Shown: positions 32,291-41,191 of the stretch, piece after piece
Layout of the letters: each line of letters begins with the position of its first letter
How positions within the stretch are numbered: position 1 is the first letter of the stretch
Assembly (NCBI GenBank): GCA_900317815.1
Contig: ONIC01000096.1
Span: 6,012-70,011, forward strand
Reading direction: 5' to 3'
DNA from: an uncultured Eubacteriales bacterium
GTDB taxonomy: Bacteria > Bacillota > Clostridia > Oscillospirales > Acutalibacteraceae
DNA: 64,000 nt
Translations under genes and position numbers: made by a program
The notes under the pieces: model-generated
The model's input: only the letters and a program-made list of their open reading frames with translations
The model's database searches: none
Told to the model about the DNA's origin: nothing

Positions 32291-34183
32291 ATGACTATTG
32301 AAGAACTCAACAAGATAAAAGCCGACCATCAGCAGCTTGTTATGGTCAGAAAAGTTATCAAGGAGCAGGGCGAGGAGCTCGCGAAGCATACTCAGTACCG
32401 CAAGCAGGTACTCGTATGCGGCGGTACAGGCTGTACTTCGTCAGGCAGTAAGAAGGTACTCGCAGCACTCGAAGAGTCTCTCAAGGAGAATGGCATCGAG
32501 GACGAGATCCTCGTTGTAAGAACAGGCTGCTTCGGTCTGTGCTCACTCGGCCCGATCATGATCGTTTATCCCGAGGGTTCGTTCTACTCTCAGGCTACTC
32601 CCGAGGGCGTCAAGAGGATCGTCAAGGAGCACCTCGTAGAGGGCAATGTTGTCAAGGATCTTCTCTATAAGGAGACTGTTCACGCAGACGGCACGATCCT
32701 TGCACTCTCAGAGACTCCTTTCTATAAGAATCAGCATAGAATTGCGCTTCGCAACTGCGGCGTTATCGATCCCGAGAACATCGAAGAGTACATAGCTGTA
32801 GACGGCTACCAGGCACTTGCAAAGGCTCTTACAACAATGACTCCCGATGATGTTATCAAGGAAGTTCTCGACTCCGGTCTTCGCGGACGCGGCGGCGGCG
32901 GATTCCCGACAGGCAGAAAGTGGATGTTCGCTAAGGCTTCTCAGGGCGATATAAAGTATGTAGCCTGCAACGCCGATGAGGGCGACCCGGGCGCATTTAT
33001 GGATCGTTCCATTCTTGAGGGCGACCCGCAGTGCATCATCGAGGCTATGGCTATCGCCGGATACGCTATCGGCGCTCACCACGGCTTCGTATACGTTCGT
33101 GCAGAGTACCCGATCGCCGTTGATCGTCTCAGAATCGCAATTGAGCAGGCGAGAGAGCGCGGCTTCCTCGGCAAGAACATCTTCGGCTCAGGCTTTGACT
33201 TCGATATGGAGATCCGTCTCGGCGCAGGTGCATTCGTATGCGGCGAGGAGACAGCTCTTATGACTTCTATCGAAGGCAACCGCGGTGAGCCTCGTCCGAG
33301 ACCTCCGTTCCCCGCAGTCAAGGGTCTTTTTGAGAAGCCGACAGTCCTCAACAACGTTGAGACATACGCTAACATCGCTCAGATCATTCTCAAAGGCAGC
33401 GGCTGGTACTCTTCGATGGGTACAGAGACCTCGAAGGGTACAAAGGTATTTGCACTTGGCGGAAAGATCAACAACGTAGGTCTTGTTGAAGTCGAGATGG
33501 GTACTACACTCCGCACAATCATCGAAGAGATCGGCGGCGGCGTTCCCAACGGCAAGAAGTTCAAGGCTGCTCAGACGGGCGGACCTTCCGGCGGATGCAT
33601 TCCCGCAGAATATATCGACACACCTATCGACTATGACAGCCTTATCGCGATCGGCTCCATGATGGGCTCTGGCGGAATGATCATTCTCGATGAGGATACA
33701 TGTATGGTAGATATCGCGAAGTTCTACCTTGAGTTCACCGTAGACGAGAGCTGCGGTAAATGTACACCGTGCCGTATCGGCACAAGAAAGCTCCTCCAGT
33801 ACCTCGAGAAGATCACCGAGGGCAAGGGCGAGCCGAAGGATCTCCAGGAGATCGAGGATCTTGCAACTCACATGCAGAAGTCCTCTCTCTGCGCGCTCGG
33901 TCAGACAGCACCGAACCCGATCCTTTCCACAATGAAGTTCTTTAAGGACGAGTACATCGCTCACATCGAGGACAAGACCTGTCCCGCAGGCGTATGTAAG
34001 TCGCTTATCAGATATGAGATAATCCCCGAAAAGTGCAAAGGCTGTACCCTCTGCGCACGCAATTGCCCTGTTAAGGCTATCACAGGCACTGTCAAGAATC
34101 CTCACGTTATCGATCCCGACAAGTGCATCAAGTGCGGCGTCTGCATGAGCAACTGTAAATTCGGCGCAATCATTACGAAATAA
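32291..34183 (+). CDS. hydB: [FeFe]-hydrogenase NuoF-like flavoprotein subunit (HydB/HndC type)
   Basis: 630 aa. N-terminal 2Fe-2S domain, FMN/NADH site (GRGGGGFPTG), ESCGKCTPCR, and a C-terminal 2x[4Fe-4S] ferredoxin domain. Confidence 0.95.
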   Translation: MTIEELNKIKADHQQLVMVRKVIKEQGEELAKHTQYRKQVLVCGGTGCTSSGSKKVLAALEESLKENGIEDEILVVRTGCFGLCSLGPIMIVYPEGSFYSQATPEGVKRIVKEHLVEGNVVKDLLYKETVHADGTILALSETPFYKNQHRIALRNCGVIDPENIEEYIAVDGYQALAKALTTMTPDDVIKEVLDSGLRGRGGGGFPTGRKWMFAKASQGDIKYVACNADEGDPGAFMDRSILEGDPQCIIEAMAIAGYAIGAHHGFVYVRAEYPIAVDRLRIAIEQARERGFLGKNIFGSGFDFDMEIRLGAGAFVCGEETALMTSIEGNRGEPRPRPPFPAVKGLFEKPTVLNNVETYANIAQIILKGSGWYSSMGTETSKGTKVFALGGKINNVGLVEVEMGTTLRTIIEEIGGGVPNGKKFKAAQTGGPSGGCIPAEYIDTPIDYDSLIAIGSMMGSGGMIILDEDTCMVDIAKFYLEFTVDESCGKCTPCRIGTRKLLQYLEKITEGKGEPKDLQEIEDLATHMQKSSLCALGQTAPNPILSTMKFFKDEYIAHIEDKTCPAGVCKSLIRYEIIPEKCKGCTLCARNCPVKAITGTVKNPHVIDPDKCIKCGVCMSNCKFGAIITK

Positions 34184-34195
34184 GGAGGGAATAGC

Positions 34196-35956
34196 ATGGA
34201 AACTGTACATCTTAAGATTAACAATATCCCTGTTGAAGTTCCGAAGGGTTACACGATCCTTCAGGCTGCAAAGCAGGCTAACATTGAGATACCGACACTG
34301 TGCTATCTCAAGGATATCAACTGCATCGGCGCTTGCCGTGTATGTATGGTAGAAGCAAAAATGAACGGCAGACCGATGAGAGGACTTCTCGCTGCCTGTG
34401 TATATCCGGCTGAGGAGGGTCTTGAGGTATTCACGAACACTCCCGCTGTTATCAAGTCGAGAAAGACTACTCTCGAGCTTCTTCTTGCAAATCACAACAA
34501 GAAGTGTCTCTCCTGCGAAAAGAGCACGAACTGCGAACTGCAGCGTCTCGCAAGAGAGTACGGCTGCGATGAAGAGCACTTCAGAAGCGAGCCGCCGAGA
34601 TACGATATCGATGATGTATCTCCCTACATCGTTCGCGACAACAACAAGTGCATCCAGTGTATGAGATGCGTAGCTGTATGTAAGAACGTACAGACCGTTT
34701 CGACGATCGGCGCTATCCAGAGAGGCTTCAATGCTCACGTTGGCAGCGCATTCGATAAGAGCCTTGCAGACGCTCCGTGTGTAGGCTGCGGTCAGTGCGT
34801 AGTTAACTGCCCTGTCGGCGCACTTAAGGAGAAGAGCCAGGAGGAGAAGGTCTGGGACGCTATCGCAGATCCCGACAAGAAGGTCATCTTCTATACGGCT
34901 CCTTCCATCAAGGCTACACTCGGCGAGAGCTTCGGTATGCCGATCGGCACAAATGTCGAAGGCAAGATGGCAGCAGCTATCCGCCGTCTCGGCGAGGACG
35001 TAACAGTCTTCAATATGGACTTTACAGCTGACCTTACGATCATTGAAGAGGCTAACGAGCTTGTTCAGAGGATCACCACAGGCGGCACACTTCCGATGTT
35101 CACATCCTGCTGCCCCGGTTGGGTCAAGTTTGTTGAGCATTACTATCCCGAGTTCACTCCGAACCTTTCAACCTGCAAATCGCCGCAGGCAATGTTCGGC
35201 GCAGTTCTCAAGGGCTACTACGCTCAGAAGAACAACATCGATCCCGAGAAGATCTTCGTAGTCAGCGTTATTCCCTGCACAGCGAAGAAGTTCGAGGTAA
35301 CCCGTCCGCAGCTCCGCTCCGAGGAAGCTTATGACGATGTTGACGTAGCGCTCACAACAAGAGAGCTCGCAAGAATGATCCAGCGCGCAGGTCTCAAGTT
35401 CGAGGAGCTTCCCGATGAGGATTATGATACACCGTTCAACAAGGCAACGGGCGGCGGCGCTATCTTCGGCGCAACAGGCGGCGTGCTCGAAGCAGCGCTC
35501 CGTACAGCAGCTCATACTCTCGACGGCGACTTCAAGAAGGTCGATTTCGAAGAGGTAAGAGGTCCCAAGCCGATCAGAACAGTAACTTACGAGGTAGCAG
35601 GCGTTAAGATCACCGTTGCTGTAGCATCGGGTCTCGGCAACGCAAGAAAGATCCTCGAAATGATAAAATCAGGCGAGCTTGACTGCCAGATGGTAGAGAT
35701 CATGGCATGTCCGGGCGGCTGCATCAACGGCGGCGGCCAGCCGATCCCGAGCGACAAGGTCCTCAACAACATCGACTACAAGGCTATCCGCGCCAAGGCA
35801 CTCTATGACTACGACAAGAACGCAGAGTTCAGAAGCAGCCATGAGAGCCCTGTTATCAAGATGGTCTACGACGAGTTCTTCCACGAGGCAGGCTCGCACG
35901 AGGCCCACAAGTACCTCCACACATCTTATGTGGAGCGCGGCCACGAGTATAAGTAA
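34196..35956 (+). CDS. hydA: [FeFe]-hydrogenase catalytic subunit (multimeric, bifurcating-type architecture)
   Basis: 586 aa. N-terminal 2Fe-2S and accessory 4Fe-4S cysteine motifs. H-cluster motifs TSCCPGW, PCTAKKFE and MACPGGCINGGGQP. Confidence 0.95.
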   Translation: METVHLKINNIPVEVPKGYTILQAAKQANIEIPTLCYLKDINCIGACRVCMVEAKMNGRPMRGLLAACVYPAEEGLEVFTNTPAVIKSRKTTLELLLANHNKKCLSCEKSTNCELQRLAREYGCDEEHFRSEPPRYDIDDVSPYIVRDNNKCIQCMRCVAVCKNVQTVSTIGAIQRGFNAHVGSAFDKSLADAPCVGCGQCVVNCPVGALKEKSQEEKVWDAIADPDKKVIFYTAPSIKATLGESFGMPIGTNVEGKMAAAIRRLGEDVTVFNMDFTADLTIIEEANELVQRITTGGTLPMFTSCCPGWVKFVEHYYPEFTPNLSTCKSPQAMFGAVLKGYYAQKNNIDPEKIFVVSVIPCTAKKFEVTRPQLRSEEAYDDVDVALTTRELARMIQRAGLKFEELPDEDYDTPFNKATGGGAIFGATGGVLEAALRTAAHTLDGDFKKVDFEEVRGPKPIRTVTYEVAGVKITVAVASGLGNARKILEMIKSGELDCQMVEIMACPGGCINGGGQPIPSDKVLNNIDYKAIRAKALYDYDKNAEFRSSHESPVIKMVYDEFFHEAGSHEAHKYLHTSYVERGHEYK

Positions 35957-35984
35957 TTCTTTACTCTGCCGAATTCAGAAAAAA

Positions 35985-36012
35985 TCCCCCGCTTCAGAGC
36001 CGGAGCGGGGGA
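35985..36012. other. 9-bp GC-rich hairpin after hydA without a downstream T-run
   Basis: TCCCCCGCT / AGCGGGGGA. An A-run sits on the 5' side only. Confidence 0.4.
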
Positions 36013-36087
36013 GTGATATGACTTTGGATTCTGACGCAAAAGGGTTCTGATGCGGAAGGGCAAAGCAGATATTATTATTGATTGTAC

Positions 36088-36119
36088 ATCTGCGTCCTTC
36101 TGCGGGCGCAGATTTTTTT
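36088..36119 (+). terminator. Rho-independent terminator 17 nt upstream of the hydrogenase-regulator gene
   Basis: ATCTGCG / CGCAGAT stem followed by TTTTTTT. Confidence 0.7.
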
Positions 36120-36136
36120 ATGAAAAGAGGTTTATT

Positions 36137-36382
36137 ATGGAAACAAGAGTTGCTATCATCGGTATCATAGTTGAAAATACCGATTCCGTCGAGAAGCTCA
36201 ACGATTTGCTCCACGAGTACGGCAAGTATATCATCGGACGAATGGGTCTGCCTTACGAGAAGAAGAGCGTGAACATTATCAGCGTTTGTTTAGACGCTCC
36301 GCTCGACACGATCAATCAGCTTTCCGGCAAGCTCGGAATGATCGACGGTATAAGTGCAAAAGCGGTATTCTCCAAGGTCTGA
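36137..36382 (+). CDS. TM1266-type iron-only hydrogenase system regulator (small ACT-like protein)
   Basis: 81 aa from the ATG at 36137 (METRVAIIGIIVENTDSVEKLNDLLHEYG...). Conserved position upstream of hydE/G/F. Confidence 0.8.
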   Translation: METRVAIIGIIVENTDSVEKLNDLLHEYGKYIIGRMGLPYEKKSVNIISVCLDAPLDTINQLSGKLGMIDGISAKAVFSKV

Positions 36383-36386
36383 TCGG

Positions 36387-37427
36387 ATGAAGAAGCTCAT
36401 AGACAAGCTTTATTCCGAGACAAAGCTTTCACGTGACGAGTACATCGAACTGATAAGCCGTCACACTCAGGAAGATGCGGAATACCTTTTCTCCCTTGCA
36501 GTTAAGCGCCGCCGTGAATACTACGGAAACGACGTTTATGTAAGGGGACTTATCGAATTTACCAATTATTGCAAAAACGACTGTTTCTATTGCGGTATCC
36601 GCCGTTCAAACAAATGCGCTCAGCGCTACCGCCTGGGACAGGATGATATAATGAGCTGCTGCGAAGAGGGTCACGCTCTCGGATTTCGCACCTTTGTGCT
36701 TCAGGGCGGCGAAGATCCGTACTTTACGGATGAACGTATCTGCGGCATAGTCTCACAGATCAAGTCTGAGTACCCTGACTGCGCCGTGACACTTTCGATA
36801 GGCGAGAAGGAGCATGAAAGCTACCGGGCCTATTTTGACGCGGGCGCCGACCGATATCTGCTCCGCCACGAAACGGCGAGCGCAGAGCATTACGGCAGGC
36901 TTCACCCGAGTGAGATGTCTCACAGCCACAGGATAAAATGCCTGTACGATCTTAAATCTATAGGCTATCAGGTCGGCTGCGGCTTTATGGTCGGTTCTCC
37001 GTTTCAGACAAGCGAAAATTTAGCCGATGATATGCTTTTTATCAAGGAACTGTCACCTCACATGGTTGGGATAGGGCCGTTCATTTCGCAGCACGATACG
37101 CCGTTTTACGACAAGAAAAGCGGCACACTTGAACAAACTCTTTTTATGCTCGGGCTTATCAGACTGACTCTGCCGTATGTCCTTCTGCCGGCGACGACAG
37201 CGCTCGGAACGATACACCCGCTCGGCAGGGAAAAGGGCATACTCGCAGGCGCAAATGTCGTCATGCCGAACTTGTCACCCGTATCTGTCAGAAAAAAGTA
37301 CCTCCTATACGATAACAAGATCTGTACGGGTGACGAGGCGGCAGAGTGCAAAAACTGCCTGCAAATGAGAATGAAGTCGATCGGCTATAATGTCGTTACC
37401 GCAAGGGGCGACTGTGCCGTCTTATAA
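36387..37427 (+). CDS. hydE: [FeFe]-hydrogenase H-cluster radical SAM maturase HydE
   Basis: ATG at 36387. CKNDCFYCGIR radical SAM motif and a BioB-like fold. Confidence 0.9.
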   Translation: MKKLIDKLYSETKLSRDEYIELISRHTQEDAEYLFSLAVKRRREYYGNDVYVRGLIEFTNYCKNDCFYCGIRRSNKCAQRYRLGQDDIMSCCEEGHALGFRTFVLQGGEDPYFTDERICGIVSQIKSEYPDCAVTLSIGEKEHESYRAYFDAGADRYLLRHETASAEHYGRLHPSEMSHSHRIKCLYDLKSIGYQVGCGFMVGSPFQTSENLADDMLFIKELSPHMVGIGPFISQHDTPFYDKKSGTLEQTLFMLGLIRLTLPYVLLPATTALGTIHPLGREKGILAGANVVMPNLSPVSVRKKYLLYDNKICTGDEAAECKNCLQMRMKSIGYNVVTARGDCAVL

Positions 37428-37448
37428 AAAATTACAGGAGAGATCAAT

Positions 37449-38876
37449 ATGGGATTCAAATACGATCCAAAATCATCTGTTGCAGATGAATTTATCAATG
37501 ACGAGGAGATCAAAGCCTGTCTCGAATATTCCGAGAAGAATAAGAATAATGTCGAGCTTATAGATCAGATCCTCGAGAAGGCAAGACTCGGCAAGGGTCT
37601 TACACACAAGGAGGCTATCGTCCTCCTCGACTGCGACATTGAGGAAAAAAACCAGGAGATCTTTGCGCTTGCCGAGAAGATCAAGAAAGATTATTACGGC
37701 AACAGAATAGTTATGTTTGCGCCGCTCTATCTTTCCAATTATTGCGTAAACGGATGCCTCTACTGCCCCTATCACGCCAAGAACAAGCACATCCGCCGCG
37801 TGAAGCTCACTCAGGAGCAGATCAGACAGGAAGTTATCGCACTTCAGGATATGGGTCACAAGAGACTTGCTCTCGAAGCAGGCGAGGATCCGGTGAACAA
37901 TCCTATCGAGTATATCCTTGAATCCATCAAGACTATATACAGTATCAAGCATAAGAACGGCGCTATCCGCCGCGTAAATGTCAATATCGCAGCCACTACT
38001 CACGAGAACTACAAGAAGCTCAAGGACGCAGGGATCGGCACATATATCCTATTCCAGGAGACGTACAACAAGGAATCCTACGAGAGACTTCATCCGACAG
38101 GTCCGAAGCATAACTACAACTACCATACGGAAGCTATGGACAGAGCTATGGAAGCAGGTATCGACGATGTCGGCTGCGGCGTATTGTTCGGTCTTGAGCT
38201 TTACAGATATGAATTTGTCGGTATCCTCATGCACGCAGAGCATCTTGAAGCCAAGTTCGGAGTAGGTCCGCACACGATCAGCGTTCCTCGTGTGCGCCGT
38301 GCTGATGATATCGACCCCGATGTATTCGACAACGGTATTTCCGATGAGACATTCGCTAAGATCGTAGCCTGCATCAGGATCGCTGTTCCGTACACCGGTA
38401 TGATTGTATCGACACGTGAGTCTCAGAAGAGCCGTGAGCGTGTCCTTCACCTCGGCGTATCTCAGATCAGCGGCGGCTCGAAGACGAGCGTAGGCGGCTA
38501 TGCTGAACCCGAAGCGGAGGAGGATGATTCCTCGCAGTTCGATGTCAGCGACACGAGAACTCTCGACGAGGTTGTCAAGTGGCTCATGGAACTTGGTTAC
38601 ATTCCGAGCTTCTGCACAGCCTGCTACCGTGAGGGCAGAACAGGCGACAGATTTATGTCGCTCTGCAAGGCAGGTCAGATTCAGAACTGCTGCCACCCGA
38701 ATGCGCTTATGACGCTCAAGGAGTATCTCGAGGATTATGCGTCGCCCGAAACGAGAAAGATCGGAGAGGAGCTTATTATAAAAGAGCTCGATAATATCCC
38801 GAAGCAGAAGGTCAGAGAGAAGACGATGGAATATCTCACAGGTATCCATGCAGGAGAGAGAGACTTCCGCTTCTGA
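37449..38876 (+). CDS. hydG: [FeFe]-hydrogenase H-cluster radical SAM maturase HydG
   Basis: 475 aa. CVNGCLYCPYH motif and the C-terminal auxiliary-cluster cysteines (CTACYREGRTG...C). Confidence 0.95.
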   Translation: MGFKYDPKSSVADEFINDEEIKACLEYSEKNKNNVELIDQILEKARLGKGLTHKEAIVLLDCDIEEKNQEIFALAEKIKKDYYGNRIVMFAPLYLSNYCVNGCLYCPYHAKNKHIRRVKLTQEQIRQEVIALQDMGHKRLALEAGEDPVNNPIEYILESIKTIYSIKHKNGAIRRVNVNIAATTHENYKKLKDAGIGTYILFQETYNKESYERLHPTGPKHNYNYHTEAMDRAMEAGIDDVGCGVLFGLELYRYEFVGILMHAEHLEAKFGVGPHTISVPRVRRADDIDPDVFDNGISDETFAKIVACIRIAVPYTGMIVSTRESQKSRERVLHLGVSQISGGSKTSVGGYAEPEAEEDDSSQFDVSDTRTLDEVVKWLMELGYIPSFCTACYREGRTGDRFMSLCKAGQIQNCCHPNALMTLKEYLEDYASPETRKIGEELIIKELDNIPKQKVREKTMEYLTGIHAGERDFRF

Positions 38877-38901
38877 TAAGTAAAATCCAATGAAAACAAT
38901 G

Positions 38902-38940
38902 CGGCGGCGGCTTTTTGCTTCAAAAAAAGCTTCGCCGCCG
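38902..38940 (+). other. Long, nearly perfect hairpin between hydG and hydF
   Basis: CGGCGGCGGCTTTTT-gcttc-AAAAAAAGCttCGCCGCCG. Only a weak U-tract follows. Confidence 0.5.
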
Positions 38941-38961
38941 AACTTTTAAGGAGAAAATACA

Positions 38962-40158
38962 ATGAGCCTTAACACAGTACCCGCCGCAGAGCGGGTCCAT
39001 ATCGGGTTCTATGGCAGGCGCAATGCAGGAAAGTCAAGTCTTGTCAATGCCGTGACGGGTCAGGATCTTGCGATCGTTTCCGATGTTGCGGGAACAACGA
39101 CCGATCCTGTTACAAAAACGATGGAACTGTTGCCGATAGGTCCCGTTGTTATCATAGACACACCGGGCATTGACGATGAGGGTGAACTGGGTGCGCTAAG
39201 GGTCGAGAAAAGCTACAAGGCGCTCGCTAAAACAAATATTGCAGTTATCGCTGTAGATTCCTCTCTCGGAATAAGAGCCGAGGAAGAAGCGCTGATCGCA
39301 AGGATAAAAGAGAAAAATATCCCGTATATCGTCGCATATACGAAGTCGGATCTCAATGATCTCGGCAAAAACAGCGGCAGCGAGATAAGCGTCAGCAGCA
39401 AGACGGGACAGAATATCAACGAACTAAAGGAACTTATCGGTAAATTTGCAGCAAGCACGGCGAATGAACGCTTTATTATTTCCGATAAGCTCTCGGCGGG
39501 CGATTTTGTTGTACTTGTTGTACCTGTAGATAAGGCAGCGCCGAAGGGGAGACTTATCCTTCCGCAGCAGCAGACTATCCGCGATATACTCGATGCACAC
39601 GCAATGTGTGCAGTAACTCAGGACGACAAACTCAAAGAGACGCTTGCATCGCTGAATGTCAGACCGAGATTTGTAATAACAGACAGTCAGGTCTTCGGTA
39701 AGGTCAGCAAGATCGTTCCCGAGGATATCGACCTGACATCTTTTTCGATACTTTTCGCAAATTACAAAGGCGATCTCAAGCTGATGGTCGAGGGCGTGAA
39801 GATGATATCCGAGCTTTCCGACGGCGACAGAGTGCTGATCTCCGAAGGATGCACGCATCACCGCCAGTGTGGAGACATCGGCACCGTCAAGCTGCCCGCT
39901 CTCATAAAGAAATTTACGGGGAAGACGCCGCAGTTTACGTGGACATCGGGCACAGAGTTCAAGGATGATCTCACGAAGTATAAGCTCGTGATACATTGCG
40001 GCGGATGTATGCTAAACGAAGCCGAAATGCAGTCGCGGCTGAAGTCTGCGAAGCGTCAGGGAGTTCCGATAACGAACTACGGCACCGCAATCGCATATAT
40101 GAACGGGATACTCAAGAGAAGCCTGTCACCGTTCCCAGAGATACAAGAACTGTTGTGA
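38962..40158 (+). CDS. hydF: [FeFe]-hydrogenase maturation GTPase HydF
   Basis: 398 aa. P-loop (GRRNAGKSS) and C-terminal cluster ligands (CTHHRQC...HCGGC). Confidence 0.95.
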   Translation: MSLNTVPAAERVHIGFYGRRNAGKSSLVNAVTGQDLAIVSDVAGTTTDPVTKTMELLPIGPVVIIDTPGIDDEGELGALRVEKSYKALAKTNIAVIAVDSSLGIRAEEEALIARIKEKNIPYIVAYTKSDLNDLGKNSGSEISVSSKTGQNINELKELIGKFAASTANERFIISDKLSAGDFVVLVVPVDKAAPKGRLILPQQQTIRDILDAHAMCAVTQDDKLKETLASLNVRPRFVITDSQVFGKVSKIVPEDIDLTSFSILFANYKGDLKLMVEGVKMISELSDGDRVLISEGCTHHRQCGDIGTVKLPALIKKFTGKTPQFTWTSGTEFKDDLTKYKLVIHCGGCMLNEAEMQSRLKSAKRQGVPITNYGTAIAYMNGILKRSLSPFPEIQELL

Positions 40159-40169
40159 TATTGATATGA

Positions 40170-40200
40170 CCGCACAGAGTTTTACTTTGTGCGGTTTTTT
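40170..40200 (+). terminator. Rho-independent terminator after hydF
   Basis: CCGCACA / TGTGCGG stem followed by TTTTTT. Confidence 0.85.
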
Positions 40201-40208
40201 GCCCTTAA

Positions 40209-40285
40209 TTGTAAACTTACTATTGACAAATTGCGGTTTACAATATATAATTGTAAACGTGATAAGTCACAAATCAGGTTTACAA
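40209..40285 (+). promoter_or_regulatory. bioY promoter overlapped by two tandem BirA-type operators
   Basis: TTGACA (40223-40228), 17-nt spacer, TATAAT (40246-40251). Two copies of TTGTAAAC-N19-GTTTACAA lie at 40209-40243 and 40251-40285. Confidence 0.6.
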
Positions 40286-40297
40286 AGGAAGAAAAAT

Positions 40298-40885
40298 ATG
40301 CAAAAAGAAAAGATCAACCCCAATCTCATCACTGTCACTTCTGTGGGAATATGCGCAGCGCTGCTGACGATCTGTTCATGGATCAGCATTCCTGCACTCG
40401 GCCCGTTTGTGCCGTTTACGCTTCAGACGTTCGCAGTATTTCTGATCGCAGGTCTGTTTCCTCTCAAGACGAGTCTCTGTTCTGTTGTGGTCTACATAGC
40501 GCTCGGCGCTGTCGGTGTTCCTGTATTTTCCGGATTTAAATCGGGTCTTGCAGCCGTGACAGGACCGACTGGCGGATATATCATCGGATTTGTATTTGCG
40601 GTTCTCCTGATATGGGCGATAAAGAGAATAAAGGCAGGCTCGGTGCTGTTTCTTGTCGTCGGTATGATCGCGGGACTTGCTGTCTGCTACGCCTTCGGTA
40701 CGGTATGGTTCTATATCGTATATGCAAAAACGGGCGAGGCGATGGGTATTATGAGAATTCTCTCGCTTTGCGTCTTCCCGTTCCTGATCCCCGATGCGGT
40801 AAAGATGGCGCTTGCGGTACTGCTTGTCAACAGGCTTTCCGCTCCGCTGTCAAAATTAGGCTTTACCGAGGCTGCGAAGGAATAA
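40298..40885 (+). CDS. bioY: Biotin transporter S-component BioY
   Basis: ATG at 40298; the track ORF is an extension. Six-TM BioY-like sequence (GPTGGYIIGF). Confidence 0.9.
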   Translation: MQKEKINPNLITVTSVGICAALLTICSWISIPALGPFVPFTLQTFAVFLIAGLFPLKTSLCSVVVYIALGAVGVPVFSGFKSGLAAVTGPTGGYIIGFVFAVLLIWAIKRIKAGSVLFLVVGMIAGLAVCYAFGTVWFYIVYAKTGEAMGIMRILSLCVFPFLIPDAVKMALAVLLVNRLSAPLSKLGFTEAAKE

Positions 40886-40917
40886 CATAGCTTCTATCTA
40901 CACATCCTTTCCGTACA

Positions 40918-40955
40918 CCCCGACAGATATTCAAGTCTGTCGGGGAGATCTTTTT
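40918..40955 (+). terminator. Terminator after bioY
   Basis: CCCCGACAGA / TCTGTCGGGG 10-bp stem followed by AGATCTTTTT. Confidence 0.8.
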
Positions 40956-40981
40956 GCCGTTGACCTTAGCCGTTGACCTTA
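40956..40981. repeat. Perfect tandem duplication of a 13-mer (GCCGTTGACCTTA x2)
   Basis: Read directly from the sequence. Each unit contains a TTGACC hexamer. Confidence 0.9.
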
Positions 40982-41105
40982 CACGTTTTTACACCGTAAA
41001 AGCACATTTCTTGAAACATCTTAATGTAAAATTGTCAAATATTCGCTTTGTATACTCCTAAATTCGATTAAAACAGAGAAAATTTGCAGGATTTAGAATT
41101 TTCTC

Positions 41106-41134
41106 TTGCATTTTGCATACATATATATTAGAAT
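41106..41134 (+). promoter_or_regulatory. Promoter for the aminotransferase gene
   Basis: TTGCAT, 17-nt spacer, TAGAAT. Confidence 0.5.
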
Positions 41135-41191
41135 AGTATGCGGTAAAAAAACAATACGGGCAGAGTTGCCCGCTATGGAGGCTGTCTTATT

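Noticed and set aside
33188-35140. 650-aa ORF on the minus strand across hydB/hydA
   Set aside because: It is antisense to two genes carrying unmistakable hydrogenase and NuoF motifs, and it crosses their intergenic boundary. It has no RBS and a nonsense-like composition, so it was judged spurious.
40956-40981. Possible CRISPR or longer repeat array
   Set aside because: There are only two adjacent 13-bp copies with no spacers. No cas genes or other repeat arrays occur anywhere in the window.
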